Shown: positions 9,422-20,016, numbered from the stretch's first letter. The stretch is DNA of 64,000 nucleotides from Planctomycetia bacterium (GCA_012269595.1 JAAXJX010000023.1:996-64995), one strand, 5' to 3'. Notes: a model not told the origin generated them from the sequence alone. Made by a program: numbers and translations.

Positions 9422-10314
9422 GAAAGAAACTCCAGAGTGATGTTGTCGATCAGGCGCACGTCACCGGCGCGGGCTGCAACGCACACCGCCACATCCCCTG
9501 TGGCTTCCTCTCCCTCAATCGGGGAAAGGTCATTGCGGTCGACCAACTCGAGGTACTCCAGTTCCATACCGGGATCGAGGGCTTCAAAAGCCCCTTCCAC
9601 CAGGGTCTGGACTTTGCGTTCTCCCCCTCGCCATGACGCTTCGATCGCAAACAATGCCTTTGAAAGACTGAGAGCCCTTTGTCGATCCTCGGGTGTCAGT
9701 CGAACGTTTCGGCTCGACAGCGCCAATCCGTCATCCTCCCGCACCAACGGACAGCGGACGATTTCTGTCTCCACATGCAGATCGGCCACCATTCGTTCGA
9801 TAATGGTGACCTGCTGGAGGTCCTTCTCGCCAAAGAAGGCCTTTGTCGGTTGGAACAACTGAAAAAGCTTGAGCACGATGAGGCAGACTCCCCCGAAGTG
9901 ATGGGGTCTGGATTTTCCGCAAAGACGATCGGAAAGTGCAGGCACCTCAACTCTGGTGGCGAATCCGGTCGGATACAGGTCCCGGGAATTACCCAGCCAG
10001 ACCAGATCGACACCTTCCTTCTGCGCCAGTTGGAGATCGGTATCCAGTGTCCTCGGATAGGAGTCCAGATCCTCTCCCGGTGCAAACTGGGTCGGATTGA
10101 CGAAGATGGTCAAGGCCACGACGTCACACTCCCGGCGAGCCTGGCGAATCAGGGACAAATGACCTTCGTGGAGAGCCCCCATTGTCGGAACAAGTCCGAT
10201 GACCTTGTCAGAATCCTGTGATTTTCGCCATTTTCGCAGTTCTGTCACAATGCCGGCAGATGGCGACGGAGTCTTTTCAGATTCTCGCTGATCTGCACCG
10301 ATGATCTGCATCAC
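9418..10314 (-). CDS. panC: Pantoate--beta-alanine ligase
   Basis: VPTMGALHEGHLSLI, FVNPTQF, FGEKDLQQ motifs; 4-bp overlap with ispE. Confidence 0.9.
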   Translation of the reverse strand: MMQIIGADQRESEKTPSPSAGIVTELRKWRKSQDSDKVIGLVPTMGALHEGHLSLIRQARRECDVVALTIFVNPTQFAPGEDLDSYPRTLDTDLQLAQKEGVDLVWLGNSRDLYPTGFATRVEVPALSDRLCGKSRPHHFGGVCLIVLKLFQLFQPTKAFFGEKDLQQVTIIERMVADLHVETEIVRCPLVREDDGLALSSRNVRLTPEDRQRALSLSKALFAIEASWRGGERKVQTLVEGAFEALDPGMELEYLELVDRNDLSPIEGEEATGDVAVCVAARAGDVRLIDNITLEFLS

Positions 10315-10790
10315 GCAGTCCCCTTCAGCGAAGAGGGCAAGGCAGCCAACAAGTCCCCTACAGACCGGTCAAGAACCGGTATCACGAAGTCCGGCTCGAG
10401 ATCCGCCCACGGTGCGAGGACGAAACTTCTTTCAGCCAATCTGGGATGGGGGATCGTCAGTTTCGGCTCCGACACCTGCTGATCACCAAAGGTCAGAATA
10501 TCGATATCGATACTCCTTGGCCCCCACTGCTCCATTCTTTCCCGTCCCATTTGCAACTCGATCCCCAGACAGATCTGCAAGGTTTCCAGAGCACCCACGG
10601 AAGATTCACCCCGGATAACCTGATTGAGATATCTTCCCTGCGGAGGACCGACCGGTTCGGTTTCGTGAATGGGAGAACAGCATAGATTTGTGAGGAGTCG
10701 CTCTTCGAGCAACTCCCTCGCCTGCTGCAACAAGCGTTCCCTGTCACCAAGGTTGGAACCCAATGCCAGCCTGACGGGAAAGAGTTTCAT
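10311..10790 (-). CDS. folK: 2-amino-4-hydroxy-6-hydroxymethyldihydropteridine pyrophosphokinase (HPPK)
   Basis: ALGSNLGDR, IHETEPVG, PRSIDIDIL, TIPHPRLAERSFVLAPWA. Confidence 0.9.
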   Translation of the reverse strand: MKLFPVRLALGSNLGDRERLLQQARELLEERLLTNLCCSPIHETEPVGPPQGRYLNQVIRGESSVGALETLQICLGIELQMGRERMEQWGPRSIDIDILTFGDQQVSEPKLTIPHPRLAERSFVLAPWADLEPDFVIPVLDRSVGDLLAALPSSLKGTA

Positions 10791-11689
10791 TCCGACTCCG
10801 GATCAGACGCTGCTGGAACGGATGGATTCTCATCTGTTACGGATTTCTTGCGCGAAAAAGGTCTCCACAGAAACGCTAGAATTGGTGAAATTCCATAGAT
10901 CACGAATCCGAGAAGAATCACCGGCTCGGCAAAGAAAACCAGCAAAGTTGCCCCGAAGACCATACTTGTGAAGCGGTCAAAATTCATTCCCCGGCGCATC
11001 AGAACTGTTCCCATGTGGGTGTAGCAGATCCGTTGTGAAACCATCAGGTATCCCAGCACAAAACAGGTCACCGGAAGATAGGAAGTAATCCCCTGATTGA
11101 ACAGGTCGACCCAGACAGGTTTTTCTGCGGCCAACAACTTCAAATCCCATGACTGCCAGTCCCGCAGCCAGAAAAAACAGATGACCAGGCCTGAGACCAC
11201 TCCCGCAGCTCCCGGTGTCGGAAGACCCACGAAGGCTTCGGCTTCATCGGGATCATCCTTCTCCGCCTTGACGGAATTGAAGCGAGCGAGACGAAGCAGG
11301 GCACCCAGGAAATAGGCCAGCGAGAAGAGCCACATCATTTTGCCGAGCGGAGTCACGAAGTCGTTGGCTTCTGAGTGATGGAACATCGCCAGAGCAAGGC
11401 CTGCAGGAGCCAGGCCGAAACTGACCAGATCCGCCAGAGAATCCAGCTGTGCACCCAGAGTGGTTCCACCACCGGTGACGCGGGCTACCTTGCCATCAAA
11501 GACATCGAAGAGCATGCCTGCGAGAATGAACCATGCCGCTTGCTCGAGTCGTTCGAGGGGATCGGACGACCCTCCCTCAAGGCTCCCGGCGATCAGGGTC
11601 AGTGCAATGAAGCCGCAAACGGCATTGCACAAGGTGATCGTATTGGGAATAAAGGCGACTCGCCTCGTTGTCTCATTCGACCCAATCAC
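10787..11689 (-). CDS. pssA: CDP-diacylglycerol--serine O-phosphatidyltransferase (CDP-alcohol phosphatidyltransferase family). The tracked ORF extends to 11791, but the probable start is the GTG at 11689, which overlaps the psd stop by about 14 bp.
   Basis: DGKVAR...GAQLDSLADLVSFG CDP-OH-P-transferase motif, multiple TM helices. Confidence 0.8.
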   Translation of the reverse strand: MIGSNETTRRVAFIPNTITLCNAVCGFIALTLIAGSLEGGSSDPLERLEQAAWFILAGMLFDVFDGKVARVTGGGTTLGAQLDSLADLVSFGLAPAGLALAMFHHSEANDFVTPLGKMMWLFSLAYFLGALLRLARFNSVKAEKDDPDEAEAFVGLPTPGAAGVVSGLVICFFWLRDWQSWDLKLLAAEKPVWVDLFNQGITSYLPVTCFVLGYLMVSQRICYTHMGTVLMRRGMNFDRFTSMVFGATLLVFFAEPVILLGFVIYGISPILAFLWRPFSRKKSVTDENPSVPAASDPESE

Positions 11690-12401
11690 CCAGCACCGTC
11701 TTTCCACCGTGAACCTTGTCTCCGACTTTGACCGCAGACTTGAAAGCCACTCCATCCCGCGCGGGAATAATGATCTCAGTCTGGGATCCAAATCGAATCA
11801 TGCCAAAATCGAATCCCCTCTTCACAGACTCACCCACTTCCAGAGGGCAAACGATACGTCGGGCGATCAGTCCGGCAATCTGACGCACGAGGATGGGAAC
11901 ACCCGAGGTGCTTCGAAGGCCAATCTCCTGGCGTTCGTTGACCTCCCGGGCCTCTGCTCCCACCGCATTGCGGAATTCACCTGGGATATAACGCAAATGT
12001 TCGATCTCTCCATCCACGGGAATGCGATTCACATGGACATTGAAGACGGACAAAAAGATGTGGATTCTCAGGGCTTGCCCATCGACATAGTTTTCGTCAT
12101 CGACGACGTCGACTCCGATGACCTTGCCATCCGCAGGAGAAATCGGTTGATCCCCTTCCGGAGCAACCCTGCAGGGATTGCGGAAGAAGTTCAGGCAGAA
12201 AAGCCACAAACCGCCGAAGAGTGCCCATCCGCCTGTGCGAATCTGCTCATTCTGCAGGAGAACCAGGGACAGGGATCCGGCGACACAGAAAAATGTGATC
12301 CACGCGATGACTGGGGTGCCATGGCGGGTCAGTCGATTGCCGAACCAACCCCTGGCGGAGCTGCGATTTCCGGATGTGGTTTCGCTCACTTCAGTTTCCA
12401 A
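11673..12401 (-). CDS. psd: Phosphatidylserine decarboxylase proenzyme (short, archaeal-type form)
   Basis: FFRNPCR..P...SPADG and FGSQT (GS[ST] self-cleavage site). Confidence 0.85.
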   Translation of the reverse strand: METEVSETTSGNRSSARGWFGNRLTRHGTPVIAWITFFCVAGSLSLVLLQNEQIRTGGWALFGGLWLFCLNFFRNPCRVAPEGDQPISPADGKVIGVDVVDDENYVDGQALRIHIFLSVFNVHVNRIPVDGEIEHLRYIPGEFRNAVGAEAREVNERQEIGLRSTSGVPILVRQIAGLIARRIVCPLEVGESVKRGFDFGMIRFGSQTEIIIPARDGVAFKSAVKVGDKVHGGKTVLGDWVE

Positions 12402-12540
12402 TCTAGAAACTCCTGACTGCCCGATCGGTTGACACGTGGGGTCCCGGACAAGGACAATCCACTGCCTCCATCGTGAAGCATCCTGAAGGTGGAGGCAACT
12501 GACCCGAGGAAGTGGGAATCGGCATTTTCCGGCCGCTGGA

Positions 12541-13821
12541 ATGGAAGATCAGATGAGCAATATCGCACAACTTCATGGACGAATGGCCCTGGACAGTCGT
12601 GGATTTCCCACTGTCGAAGCCGAGTGCATTCTTGAGGATGGCAGCCGCGGGGTCGCCCTGGTGCCTTCCGGAGCATCGACCGGAGAAGCAGAAGCGCTCG
12701 AACTCCGTGATGGTGGCAAGGAGTGGGCAGGCAAAGGCGTCGAAAAAGCGCTCGGTCACCTGCGCGGTGAAATCTGCGAATTGCTGAGTGGCCAGGATGC
12801 CCGTGATCAGGAGGGAATCGACCGCCGACTTTGTGAAGCGGACGGTACCGAGAACAAGGCCCGACTCGGAGCCAACTCCATTCTCGCAGCATCGATGGCG
12901 GTCTGCAGGGCCGCCGCCCAAAGTTGTCAGTTGCCCCTCTACCGTTACATCGGTGGTCCATCATCCGTACGCCTGCCGATTCCCCTGCTCAATGTGGTGA
13001 ACGGCGGAGCGCATGCCGATAACTCCGTCGATGTTCAGGAATTCATGCTCGCCCCCACCGGCTTCAAGGACTTCACCTCCGCCCTGAGAGCCGGAGTCGA
13101 GGTCTACCACATTCTGAAGAAGAGATTGAAAGGGGCAGGACTCGTCACAGCGGTCGGTGACGAGGGCGGATTCGCACCCGACTTTGACAGTGACGTGAGG
13201 GTGCTGGAAGAATTGAGTGCAGCCATTCACGAAGCAGGCTACACCCTGGGCCATGATGGTGATTTCACCTTCGCACTCGATGTCGCTGCCAGTGAACTGT
13301 GTCAGGGAGGCAGCTACAGCATGGGAGGATCGGGTGAATCCCTGACCTCCTCCCAAATGGTCGACCATTGGGTTCAACTGGCGAGCCAGTTCCCTTTTAC
13401 CAGTATCGAGGACGGGCTCGATGAAGAGGACTGGTCCGGCTGGAGCCAATTGACCGCTGCTCTTCCGCAGATCCGCATGGTGGGAGACGACCTGTTTGCA
13501 ACCGACCCCAAGCGGATCCACCGTGGGGTCACAGAGGGTGCTGGCAGTGCTCTGCTTGTCAAACTGAATCAGATCGGAACCGTCTCGGAAACTCTGCAGG
13601 CCATCGATATTGCCTCCGAGGCTGGCTTCCGGATCATCGTTTCCCATCGCTCCGGGGAGACCGAGGACGACTTCATTGCCGATCTCGCTGTGGCCACCGG
13701 CGCCGGATGGATCAAGACCGGGGCTCCTTGCCGATCGGAGCGAAATGCCAAATACAACCGGCTCCTGAGGATTGAAGAAGAGCTCGGTTCCTCGGCAGTT
13801 CTGGGACCCTTGAAGTTTTGA
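12541..13821 (+). CDS. eno: Enolase (phosphopyruvate hydratase)
   Basis: Full-length 426 aa with canonical enolase blocks (SGASTGEAEALELRDG, SHRSGETED, etc.). Confidence 0.95.
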   Translation: MEDQMSNIAQLHGRMALDSRGFPTVEAECILEDGSRGVALVPSGASTGEAEALELRDGGKEWAGKGVEKALGHLRGEICELLSGQDARDQEGIDRRLCEADGTENKARLGANSILAASMAVCRAAAQSCQLPLYRYIGGPSSVRLPIPLLNVVNGGAHADNSVDVQEFMLAPTGFKDFTSALRAGVEVYHILKKRLKGAGLVTAVGDEGGFAPDFDSDVRVLEELSAAIHEAGYTLGHDGDFTFALDVAASELCQGGSYSMGGSGESLTSSQMVDHWVQLASQFPFTSIEDGLDEEDWSGWSQLTAALPQIRMVGDDLFATDPKRIHRGVTEGAGSALLVKLNQIGTVSETLQAIDIASEAGFRIIVSHRSGETEDDFIADLAVATGAGWIKTGAPCRSERNAKYNRLLRIEEELGSSAVLGPLKF

Positions 13822-13890
13822 GCCAATCCTGATCTACTGCGGCTGTCGGATTCGTCCGCCTGCCCATGCAGAGTAAGGAGCTCGGAGCTT

Positions 13891-14265
13891 TTGTTCGCAA
13901 CGATCACTGCCCGCATACACGCTGTTACAGTACCTTTGATTCGATGGGCTTCTTCACCACTGAAGAATCTGGGGTTCAACACCCTGCAGATACAACTCAC
14001 CTGCATCGGTTTGTCTCTGGTTTTTTTTCACCAGATTGCCGCTCCCCGAATTGACCAGATGAATCAATTGAGAAATCAGGTTGAAGAGATCAGCAGTGAT
14101 ATCCAGGTACAGGAACTGAGCAATGAGCAACTTGCTGAGTGGAATCGCCTGCTGGAAGAGGATCCCCACTTCCGTATGGTGCAGCACCGAAAACTGACCG
14201 GTTTCAGGGAATTCGAACAGTACACCCTCGAAGAGTTCCTTCAGAGTCAGGCACCTCAATCCTGA
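13891..14265 (+). CDS. Septum formation initiator family protein (FtsB/DivIC-like): one TM helix followed by a coiled coil; the start codon is probably a non-ATG inside the tracked ORF
   Basis: TM LQIQLTCIGLSLVFFHQIAA followed by a heptad-like coiled coil and ...KLTGFREFEQY, resembling the FtsB C-terminus; eno-ftsB synteny occurs in several phyla. Confidence 0.45.
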   Translation: MFATITARIHAVTVPLIRWASSPLKNLGFNTLQIQLTCIGLSLVFFHQIAAPRIDQMNQLRNQVEEISSDIQVQELSNEQLAEWNRLLEEDPHFRMVQHRKLTGFREFEQYTLEEFLQSQAPQS

Positions 14266-14346
14266 CACTGAAGGTCACCTCGTGACCTGATCTCCAACAT
14301 AGGCGTGATTCACGTTCAAAGTTCAGACCTGGTACAGAAAAAGGCA

Positions 14347-14373
14347 GGCCCACAGTTTGTGGAACTGCGGGCC
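14347..14373. terminator. Imperfect hairpin (GGCCCACAG / CTGCGGGCC) between the convergent ftsB-like and LysM genes
   Basis: inverted repeat with one mismatch, no strong T tract. Confidence 0.35.
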
Positions 14374-14405
14374 TGAGGGATGACTATGTTGAATCGGTCG
14401 TTCGA

Positions 14406-15287
14406 TCACTGCTTCGGCAACTGGATCACCTTGCCGATACTCAGGACCTGAAGGTTGACCCCGGGATTGGCGCTCTCAATTTCTTTCCAGCGCGTTCCGT
14501 CTCCCAACTGGTCACTGGCAATTCTCCAAAGCGAATCACCATCCTGAATCTGGTAACTGCGGCCACTGCGCGCCACAGCGGGTGCAGCTGTGGTGACAAC
14601 ACTCTTCTTTGCCACTCCCGACGGAATCTTCAGAACGAGACCGGCGGAAAGAACCGTATCCTCTGTCAGGCCCTTGTTCGCCTCGATGATTCTCTTGTAG
14701 GCGATACCCGAACCAAGGTGACGCTCAGCGAGCCTCCAGAGACTGTCCCCTTCTTCCACGACCACTTTGTTGAACTCTCTCTTGGGAGCCACCGGGCGGG
14801 GAGGGATCGCCGTGTTTCTGCGAGCCGCTTCATTACGTTTAACTGAAGAGACATTTCTCTGGGAAGTTTGCTGTTCCACAGGGTCGTTGCTCAAGACTCC
14901 AGTGGTTCGTTGGATATCCACACTTTCGAGACGAGCCGTCGCTCGGCGAGGTTGTCCGGAAATTGGTGGATTGCCCAGGTTGGATTCCGTAACTGCAACC
15001 TTGTTCCCGGAAGGAGTGAGCGGAGTCTTTTGATTTCTGACAGGACGCTGCAACCTCCCGGTTGAAGTCCCCGCCACAGATCGGGTGGACTCCTTAGTCA
15101 CCGCAGGAACAGATTTGGTCTTGCCGATGCCGTTGGAAGTTGCGTTGGAAGTAGATCTTCCAGTGACCTGCTCTGCGCCGCTCGGACCATCCTGAACCTT
15201 GTTATCCAAGAGGTTCGCGATAACGATCACAACGAGGATCGATATCAGAATGAAGCCGATTTTTGTGCCTGTACCCATGCCACTCAT
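14406..15287 (-). CDS. Membrane-anchored protein with two C-terminal LysM peptidoglycan-binding domains
   Basis: N-terminal TM helix; two copies of GDSLWR[IL]A...G....Y..I...N LysM signature at the C-terminus. Confidence 0.7.
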   Translation of the reverse strand: MSGMGTGTKIGFILISILVVIVIANLLDNKVQDGPSGAEQVTGRSTSNATSNGIGKTKSVPAVTKESTRSVAGTSTGRLQRPVRNQKTPLTPSGNKVAVTESNLGNPPISGQPRRATARLESVDIQRTTGVLSNDPVEQQTSQRNVSSVKRNEAARRNTAIPPRPVAPKREFNKVVVEEGDSLWRLAERHLGSGIAYKRIIEANKGLTEDTVLSAGLVLKIPSGVAKKSVVTTAAPAVARSGRSYQIQDGDSLWRIASDQLGDGTRWKEIESANPGVNLQVLSIGKVIQLPKQ

Positions 15288-15507
15288 GGTGTGTTCCCCC
15301 TGTTCCCGAATCGTCCTTCCAGAGTAAAGGTCCCCCGACCTGTTGGATCACTCTGGTGAGCGGATTCTCGTCCAGCTCGAAGTTAGATTGGGCGAGCTGA
15401 ATGCCGTTGCCGGAGGATAACCCGGAAAAAATCGTGAATCCACGACCCGTTACCGGATTTACAAGGGATTTACGAGGTTTGACTCCACTTTTAACCCGGC
15501 AAAAAAA

Positions 15508-15538
15508 CAGGCCCGTACCCCGAAAGGGTACGGGCCTG
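15508..15538 (-). terminator. Rho-independent terminator of secDF (13-bp perfect stem CAGGCCCGTACCC / GGGTACGGGCCTG, loop CGAAA, followed on the minus strand by a T7 tract)
   Basis: seen directly; 26 bp downstream of the secDF stop. Confidence 0.65.
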
Positions 15539-15563
15539 AAACGACTCCGCTGAAAGTGCGAAA

Positions 15564-18299
15564 TCAGGCCTTTTTGGCCAATGCGGTCTCCACACGGGCT
15601 TTTTCGATTCTTCGACGTGCCGCTTCCTGAAGTCGGATCAGGGTCGGACTGGCGACGAAAATCGAGGAGTAGGTACCGATGAGGACACCGACGCAGAGGG
15701 CAAAGGCGAAGGAGTGCAGTGCTTCGCCACCGAAGACGAGCAGGATCACGACCACGACAAAGGTGGTCAGTGAGGTCAGAATCGTGCGGCTCAAAGTCTG
15801 GTTGATCGACTTGTTGACCAGTTCGACGTAGTCCGCATCCCGCCTTGCATCGCGAAGATTTTCACGAATCCTGTCGAAGATAACGATGGTGTCGTTCAAG
15901 GAATATCCCACCACCGTCAACAATGCGGCGACCACCGGCAGGTTGATCTTCAGGGAGAGTGCATCTCCCAAAAGGAAATCTCCCAGGGCCAATGCACCGA
16001 GGGTGAAGCAGATATCGTGAACCAGCGCCGTAATCGCGGCGGCACCGTAACTGAACTCGAAGCGGATACTGATGTAGAAAACGATCGCCAGGAAACTGAT
16101 CATCAATGCGATGATGGTATTCCCCTGCATGTCCTTCGCAACTCGGCCACTGATACTGCTGACTTCCGGGAAGGGCTCCGAGAAATCGAGTCCATCGACA
16201 TTCTTCAGTGCCAGACTCAACTGGGACTGCAATGCCAAAGCCGCTGCCTGATCCAGTTGCGGTGCACTGACCAGTTCGAAGGAAACGATGCCGGCTGATT
16301 CTCCGGGTCCCCCACTGATCTCGCGAATCTCTTCCACCGGGAACTCGGTTGCAAGCAGGCGATCCTTGACAGAACTGCTGGTCACTCCGACGTCTTCAGT
16401 GGTGCCAAGACCCTTGATGACGTGAACGTTGGCATTGAAGAGGTAGGTGCTGATCCCATCCTGGACATTGTCGGTGATCTTCACATCTGTGACCGCGTTG
16501 GGAGCCAGAATGTTGGCTCCACCAATCACACTCTCCAGTTGTGACTTGAACTGCTCCGTCTGCTTTTCCCCTTCGATCAGGGTACTCGTACGGATCGAAT
16601 AGCGGGCAGCCCCTGCCTCGCTGAGTTCACCCACAGCCTGCAACTGGAGATCCGCATACTCGAAGGCATTCGGATCCGCTGCGACACCGTCGGTGATGAT
16701 CTTGCGAATCTCCGATTCCTGGGTCGGCTGGGAAAGATTGACCGTCAGGCGGGTTCCACCGGTGAAGTCGATACCGAGGGCATCAGAACCACGCCAGCCG
16801 AGAACACCGATACCACCGACCACGAAGACCCAGAAAAGAACCCGGGTCGCCTCACGCAACTCCATGAAGTTGATATTCGGCTTCTGAATGATTCGACCCA
16901 TGCTCAGGTCATTGATAATTCCCTTCGAGATCAGGAAGGAAAGAACCATTCGACTGAAGAAAACGGTCGAGAAGAAGGAGGTCAGGATTCCGATACTGAG
17001 CACAACGGCGAAGCCCTTGACCGCACCGGTTCCGAACTGGAACAGCACGAAAGCGGTGATCAGCGTCGTCAGGTTGGCATCGAAGATGGTCCAGAAAGCT
17101 TTCTGGAAACCTACTGAGAAGGCAGCAGGCAATGCCTTGCCCCGATCCCTCTCCTCACGGATTCGTTCGAAGATCAGAATGTTGGCATCGACCGCCATAC
17201 CCACCGTCAACAACAGGCCTGCCATTCCCGGGAAGGTCAGGGTGTTGCGGAAGACGATCAGCAGGGTGACCACCAGCATCAGGTTCATGACAAGGGACAG
17301 ATCTGCGACGATTCCCGCCGCCCTGTAGTAGAGCAGCATGAAGATGGCCACCAGCATCAATCCGAAGATCATCGCCTGGGTTCCACGATCTACCGACTCT
17401 TTACCGAGCAGCGCTCCCACCGTCTGCTGATTGACCAGGAACGGTTTCGCAGGCAGTGAACCGGCTCTCAGGATGGAGACCAGATCGTTGACTTCATCGT
17501 TGGTAAAGTTGCCCTCGAGGATTCCGTTACGGGAGATCCGCGCATTGATGGTTGCGATACTGCTCGCCTTGCCATCGAGGACGATGGCCATGCTGCGATT
17601 GATGTTCTCGCCGGTCATGTCGGCGAAAAGGGTCGCTCCCATTCCACCAAACTCGAATCCCACCGCAGGCTGTCCCGTTTCATTGGTGGTCGGGAAGCTG
17701 TTGCTCAGAAGTGAGGCACTGACCAGATTCGGAGCACGGTTTTCCACCACCACCTTGCCGGCGGTCAGGGTGTCATCGGCACTGGGACGCTCGACCACAA
17801 TCTGACGCGGGGATTCGGGAGCCGTTTGTGAACCACGTTCCGCATCGGACATGTTGTTGAAGGCGATGAGAGCCTGCTCATACTGAACCGTTTCCGCCTC
17901 GATACGGGCGATATTGGCTTCAGTCTGCTCCGAATCGGGTGCCACGAGCTGGAAGTTCAGCTCACCGGCACGCTCGATCTGCCCCTTCAACCGCTCCAGT
18001 TCGTCATTGTCAGATCCCGGCAACTGAATCAGCAGTCGGTTGCGGCCAGAGATGGCCACACTGATCTCTTTCAGGCCGTAGTTGTCGAAACGGCGTGAAA
18101 TGACGTCCTTGATGTCTGCAGCCACGGTCGATCTCTGACTGGGATCGATCTGGTCAAGAGGAATCTCGTAGAGCAGCTCGGTGCCGCCCTCAAGGTCGAT
18201 GCCCTTCTTGATGTCGTTCTGGTAGTCCTGAAGGGCCCAAACACAGGCTGCAATGAGGAGGGCGATAAAAACAAATCCCCTACCGAAATTCTGCATCAT
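15564..18299 (-). CDS. secDF: Protein translocase subunit SecDF (SecD and SecF fused in one 911-aa polypeptide)
   Basis: Two SecD/SecF 6-TM bundles with periplasmic domains, conserved RND-like blocks (GGTEL..., LTLPGIAG..., DANVLIFERIREE). Confidence 0.9.
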   Translation of the reverse strand: MMQNFGRGFVFIALLIAACVWALQDYQNDIKKGIDLEGGTELLYEIPLDQIDPSQRSTVAADIKDVISRRFDNYGLKEISVAISGRNRLLIQLPGSDNDELERLKGQIERAGELNFQLVAPDSEQTEANIARIEAETVQYEQALIAFNNMSDAERGSQTAPESPRQIVVERPSADDTLTAGKVVVENRAPNLVSASLLSNSFPTTNETGQPAVGFEFGGMGATLFADMTGENINRSMAIVLDGKASSIATINARISRNGILEGNFTNDEVNDLVSILRAGSLPAKPFLVNQQTVGALLGKESVDRGTQAMIFGLMLVAIFMLLYYRAAGIVADLSLVMNLMLVVTLLIVFRNTLTFPGMAGLLLTVGMAVDANILIFERIREERDRGKALPAAFSVGFQKAFWTIFDANLTTLITAFVLFQFGTGAVKGFAVVLSIGILTSFFSTVFFSRMVLSFLISKGIINDLSMGRIIQKPNINFMELREATRVLFWVFVVGGIGVLGWRGSDALGIDFTGGTRLTVNLSQPTQESEIRKIITDGVAADPNAFEYADLQLQAVGELSEAGAARYSIRTSTLIEGEKQTEQFKSQLESVIGGANILAPNAVTDVKITDNVQDGISTYLFNANVHVIKGLGTTEDVGVTSSSVKDRLLATEFPVEEIREISGGPGESAGIVSFELVSAPQLDQAAALALQSQLSLALKNVDGLDFSEPFPEVSSISGRVAKDMQGNTIIALMISFLAIVFYISIRFEFSYGAAAITALVHDICFTLGALALGDFLLGDALSLKINLPVVAALLTVVGYSLNDTIVIFDRIRENLRDARRDADYVELVNKSINQTLSRTILTSLTTFVVVVILLVFGGEALHSFAFALCVGVLIGTYSSIFVASPTLIRLQEAARRRIEKARVETALAKKA

Positions 18300-18697
18300 T
18301 TTGTGACTTCCTCTTCCTGAATGCTGGAAGGCGTATCCTTGTTTTCTGAGGCACTGCTGACCGTCGACACAGAGGTCAAGGCGACCTTCATGCGAACTCC
18401 CTTGGACTCGTCGATCACCAGCACCACATGCCCATGATCCCGATCCACCAATGCCACTTTGCCGATGATTCCACCGGCTGTTCTGACTTCATCATGTTTG
18501 GACAACCCTGCGATCAGGTTGTCGTGCTCTTGCATCTGCTTTCTCTGGGGTCGGATGACCATGAGGTACATCACGAAGAAGATGATTCCCATCAGTGGGA
18601 GAAAATCCAAAAACCCCGGAGGCTGGGGAGCACTTCCCCCAGCAGCAGCGGCCCAGAAAATCAGGGCATCAAAGATTCCATTTACAAACGTTGTCAT
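18296..18697 (-). CDS. yajC: Preprotein translocase subunit YajC
   Basis: MGIIFFVMYLMVIRPQRKQMQEHDNLIAGLSKHDEVRTAGGIIGKV matches the YajC consensus; stop overlaps the secDF start. Confidence 0.8.
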   Translation of the reverse strand: MTTFVNGIFDALIFWAAAAGGSAPQPPGFLDFLPLMGIIFFVMYLMVIRPQRKQMQEHDNLIAGLSKHDEVRTAGGIIGKVALVDRDHGHVVLVIDESKGVRMKVALTSVSTVSSASENKDTPSSIQEEEVTK

Positions 18698-18849
18698 CGG
18701 TCATCCTGCTCCCTGACACGCCGATTCAATTCCATCCCACCCGGGAGGGGCTGAAGTCGACGTGGATGGGGCCCTTTCTTACGGCCGGTAATACCGCAAG
18801 GTGTGCCCATCAGCCAAGTTGCGGATCTTAGTCCGATGGCCCTCGGGAT

Positions 18850-20016
18850 TCAACCGGACCGGGAGGATAATGCACCCAGGAACTGGTCCCTGAATCGGCT
18901 CCAATCGCCGGATATGATCGCTTTACGGGCCTTTTCAAGAAAGCGATGAAAGACCCGAATGTTGTGCAGGGAACCCAGTGTGTAGGCGAGAATCTCTTTG
19001 CGCTGGTACAGATGGTGCAGGGTGCCACGGCTGTATTTCTGGCAGGCGTAGCAATCGCACCCCTCCTCAATAGGGCCCGCATCCTGTTTGTGGCGGGCAT
19101 TTTTCATGTTGAGACTGCTTCCATCACTCAGGAACAGGCTCGCGTTGCGGGCATTTCGGGTCGGGATGACACAGTCGAACATGTCGATCCCCTGATCGAC
19201 AGCAACGACGAATTCCTCCAGTCCCCCCACCCCCATCAGATAACGGGGCCGATCGAATGGAAGCATCGGCGCACTGACCCCGATGGTCGACAGCAGAGCA
19301 TCTCTGCCCTCACCGACACTCACCCCACCGACGGCGTAGGCATCAAAAGGCAACTCCAGAAGTTGCTGTGCCGATTCCCGACGCAGATCTTCGTGGGTTC
19401 CCCCCTGCATGATTCCAAAAACGGCCATCGGTTCAAACAACTCGAGTCGCTGGCGATGTTCATGGGCACGCAAGGCCCAGCGATGAGTTCTCACCACTGC
19501 CTTCGCAACCTCGTCTTTCGAAACTCCGCCTGCGGGACATTCATCGAGAATCATGGCGATGGTCGAACCGAGTCGCGCCTGAATGTCGAGAACCGATTCG
19601 GGGGTGAGCAACAAAGGACTGCCATCGATGTGGTTGCGGAACTCGACTCCCTGCTCACTGATTCGGTTGCGATGACCGAGGGAGAAAACCTGGAACCCTC
19701 CGGAGTCTGTCAGAATCGGTCGATCCCAACCCATCACCTGATGCAACCCACCCAATTTTCTGACCGTATCCACTCCGGGCCTTACCGCGAGATGGTAGGT
19801 GTTGGAGAGGATGATCTGTGTTCCACAATCGGTGAGCTGATCCGGTGTCACTCCCTTGACCGTCGCCTGGGTTCCCACCGGCATGAAGACCGGAGTCTGG
19901 ATATCCCCCCGCGGAGTCGTCAGCAGACCGGCGCGGGCAGAACCACACGAGGCCTCGACACTGAAGGCGAAGCCCGCCGTCATCGGGTGACGGGCCATTA
20001 CTTCCGAATTCACCAC
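18850..20016 (-). CDS. tgt: Queuine tRNA-ribosyltransferase (tRNA-guanine transglycosylase)
   Basis: FMPVGTQATVKG, LTDSGGFQVFSL, C-x-C-x2-C...H zinc site (CDCYACQKYSRGTLHHL). Confidence 0.9.
   Translation of the reverse strand: MVNSEVMARHPMTAGFAFSVEASCGSARAGLLTTPRGDIQTPVFMPVGTQATVKGVTPDQLTDCGTQIILSNTYHLAVRPGVDTVRKLGGLHQVMGWDRPILTDSGGFQVFSLGHRNRISEQGVEFRNHIDGSPLLLTPESVLDIQARLGSTIAMILDECPAGGVSKDEVAKAVVRTHRWALRAHEHRQRLELFEPMAVFGIMQGGTHEDLRRESAQQLLELPFDAYAVGGVSVGEGRDALLSTIGVSAPMLPFDRPRYLMGVGGLEEFVVAVDQGIDMFDCVIPTRNARNASLFLSDGSSLNMKNARHKQDAGPIEEGCDCYACQKYSRGTLHHLYQRKEILAYTLGSLHNIRVFHRFLEKARKAIISGDWSRFRDQFLGALSSRSG

Noticed and set aside
12403-12540. Perfect TTGACA hexamer at 12428 as the eno promoter -35
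   Set aside because: No acceptable -10 element at 16-18 bp spacing (GGACAA only). It was left unannotated.
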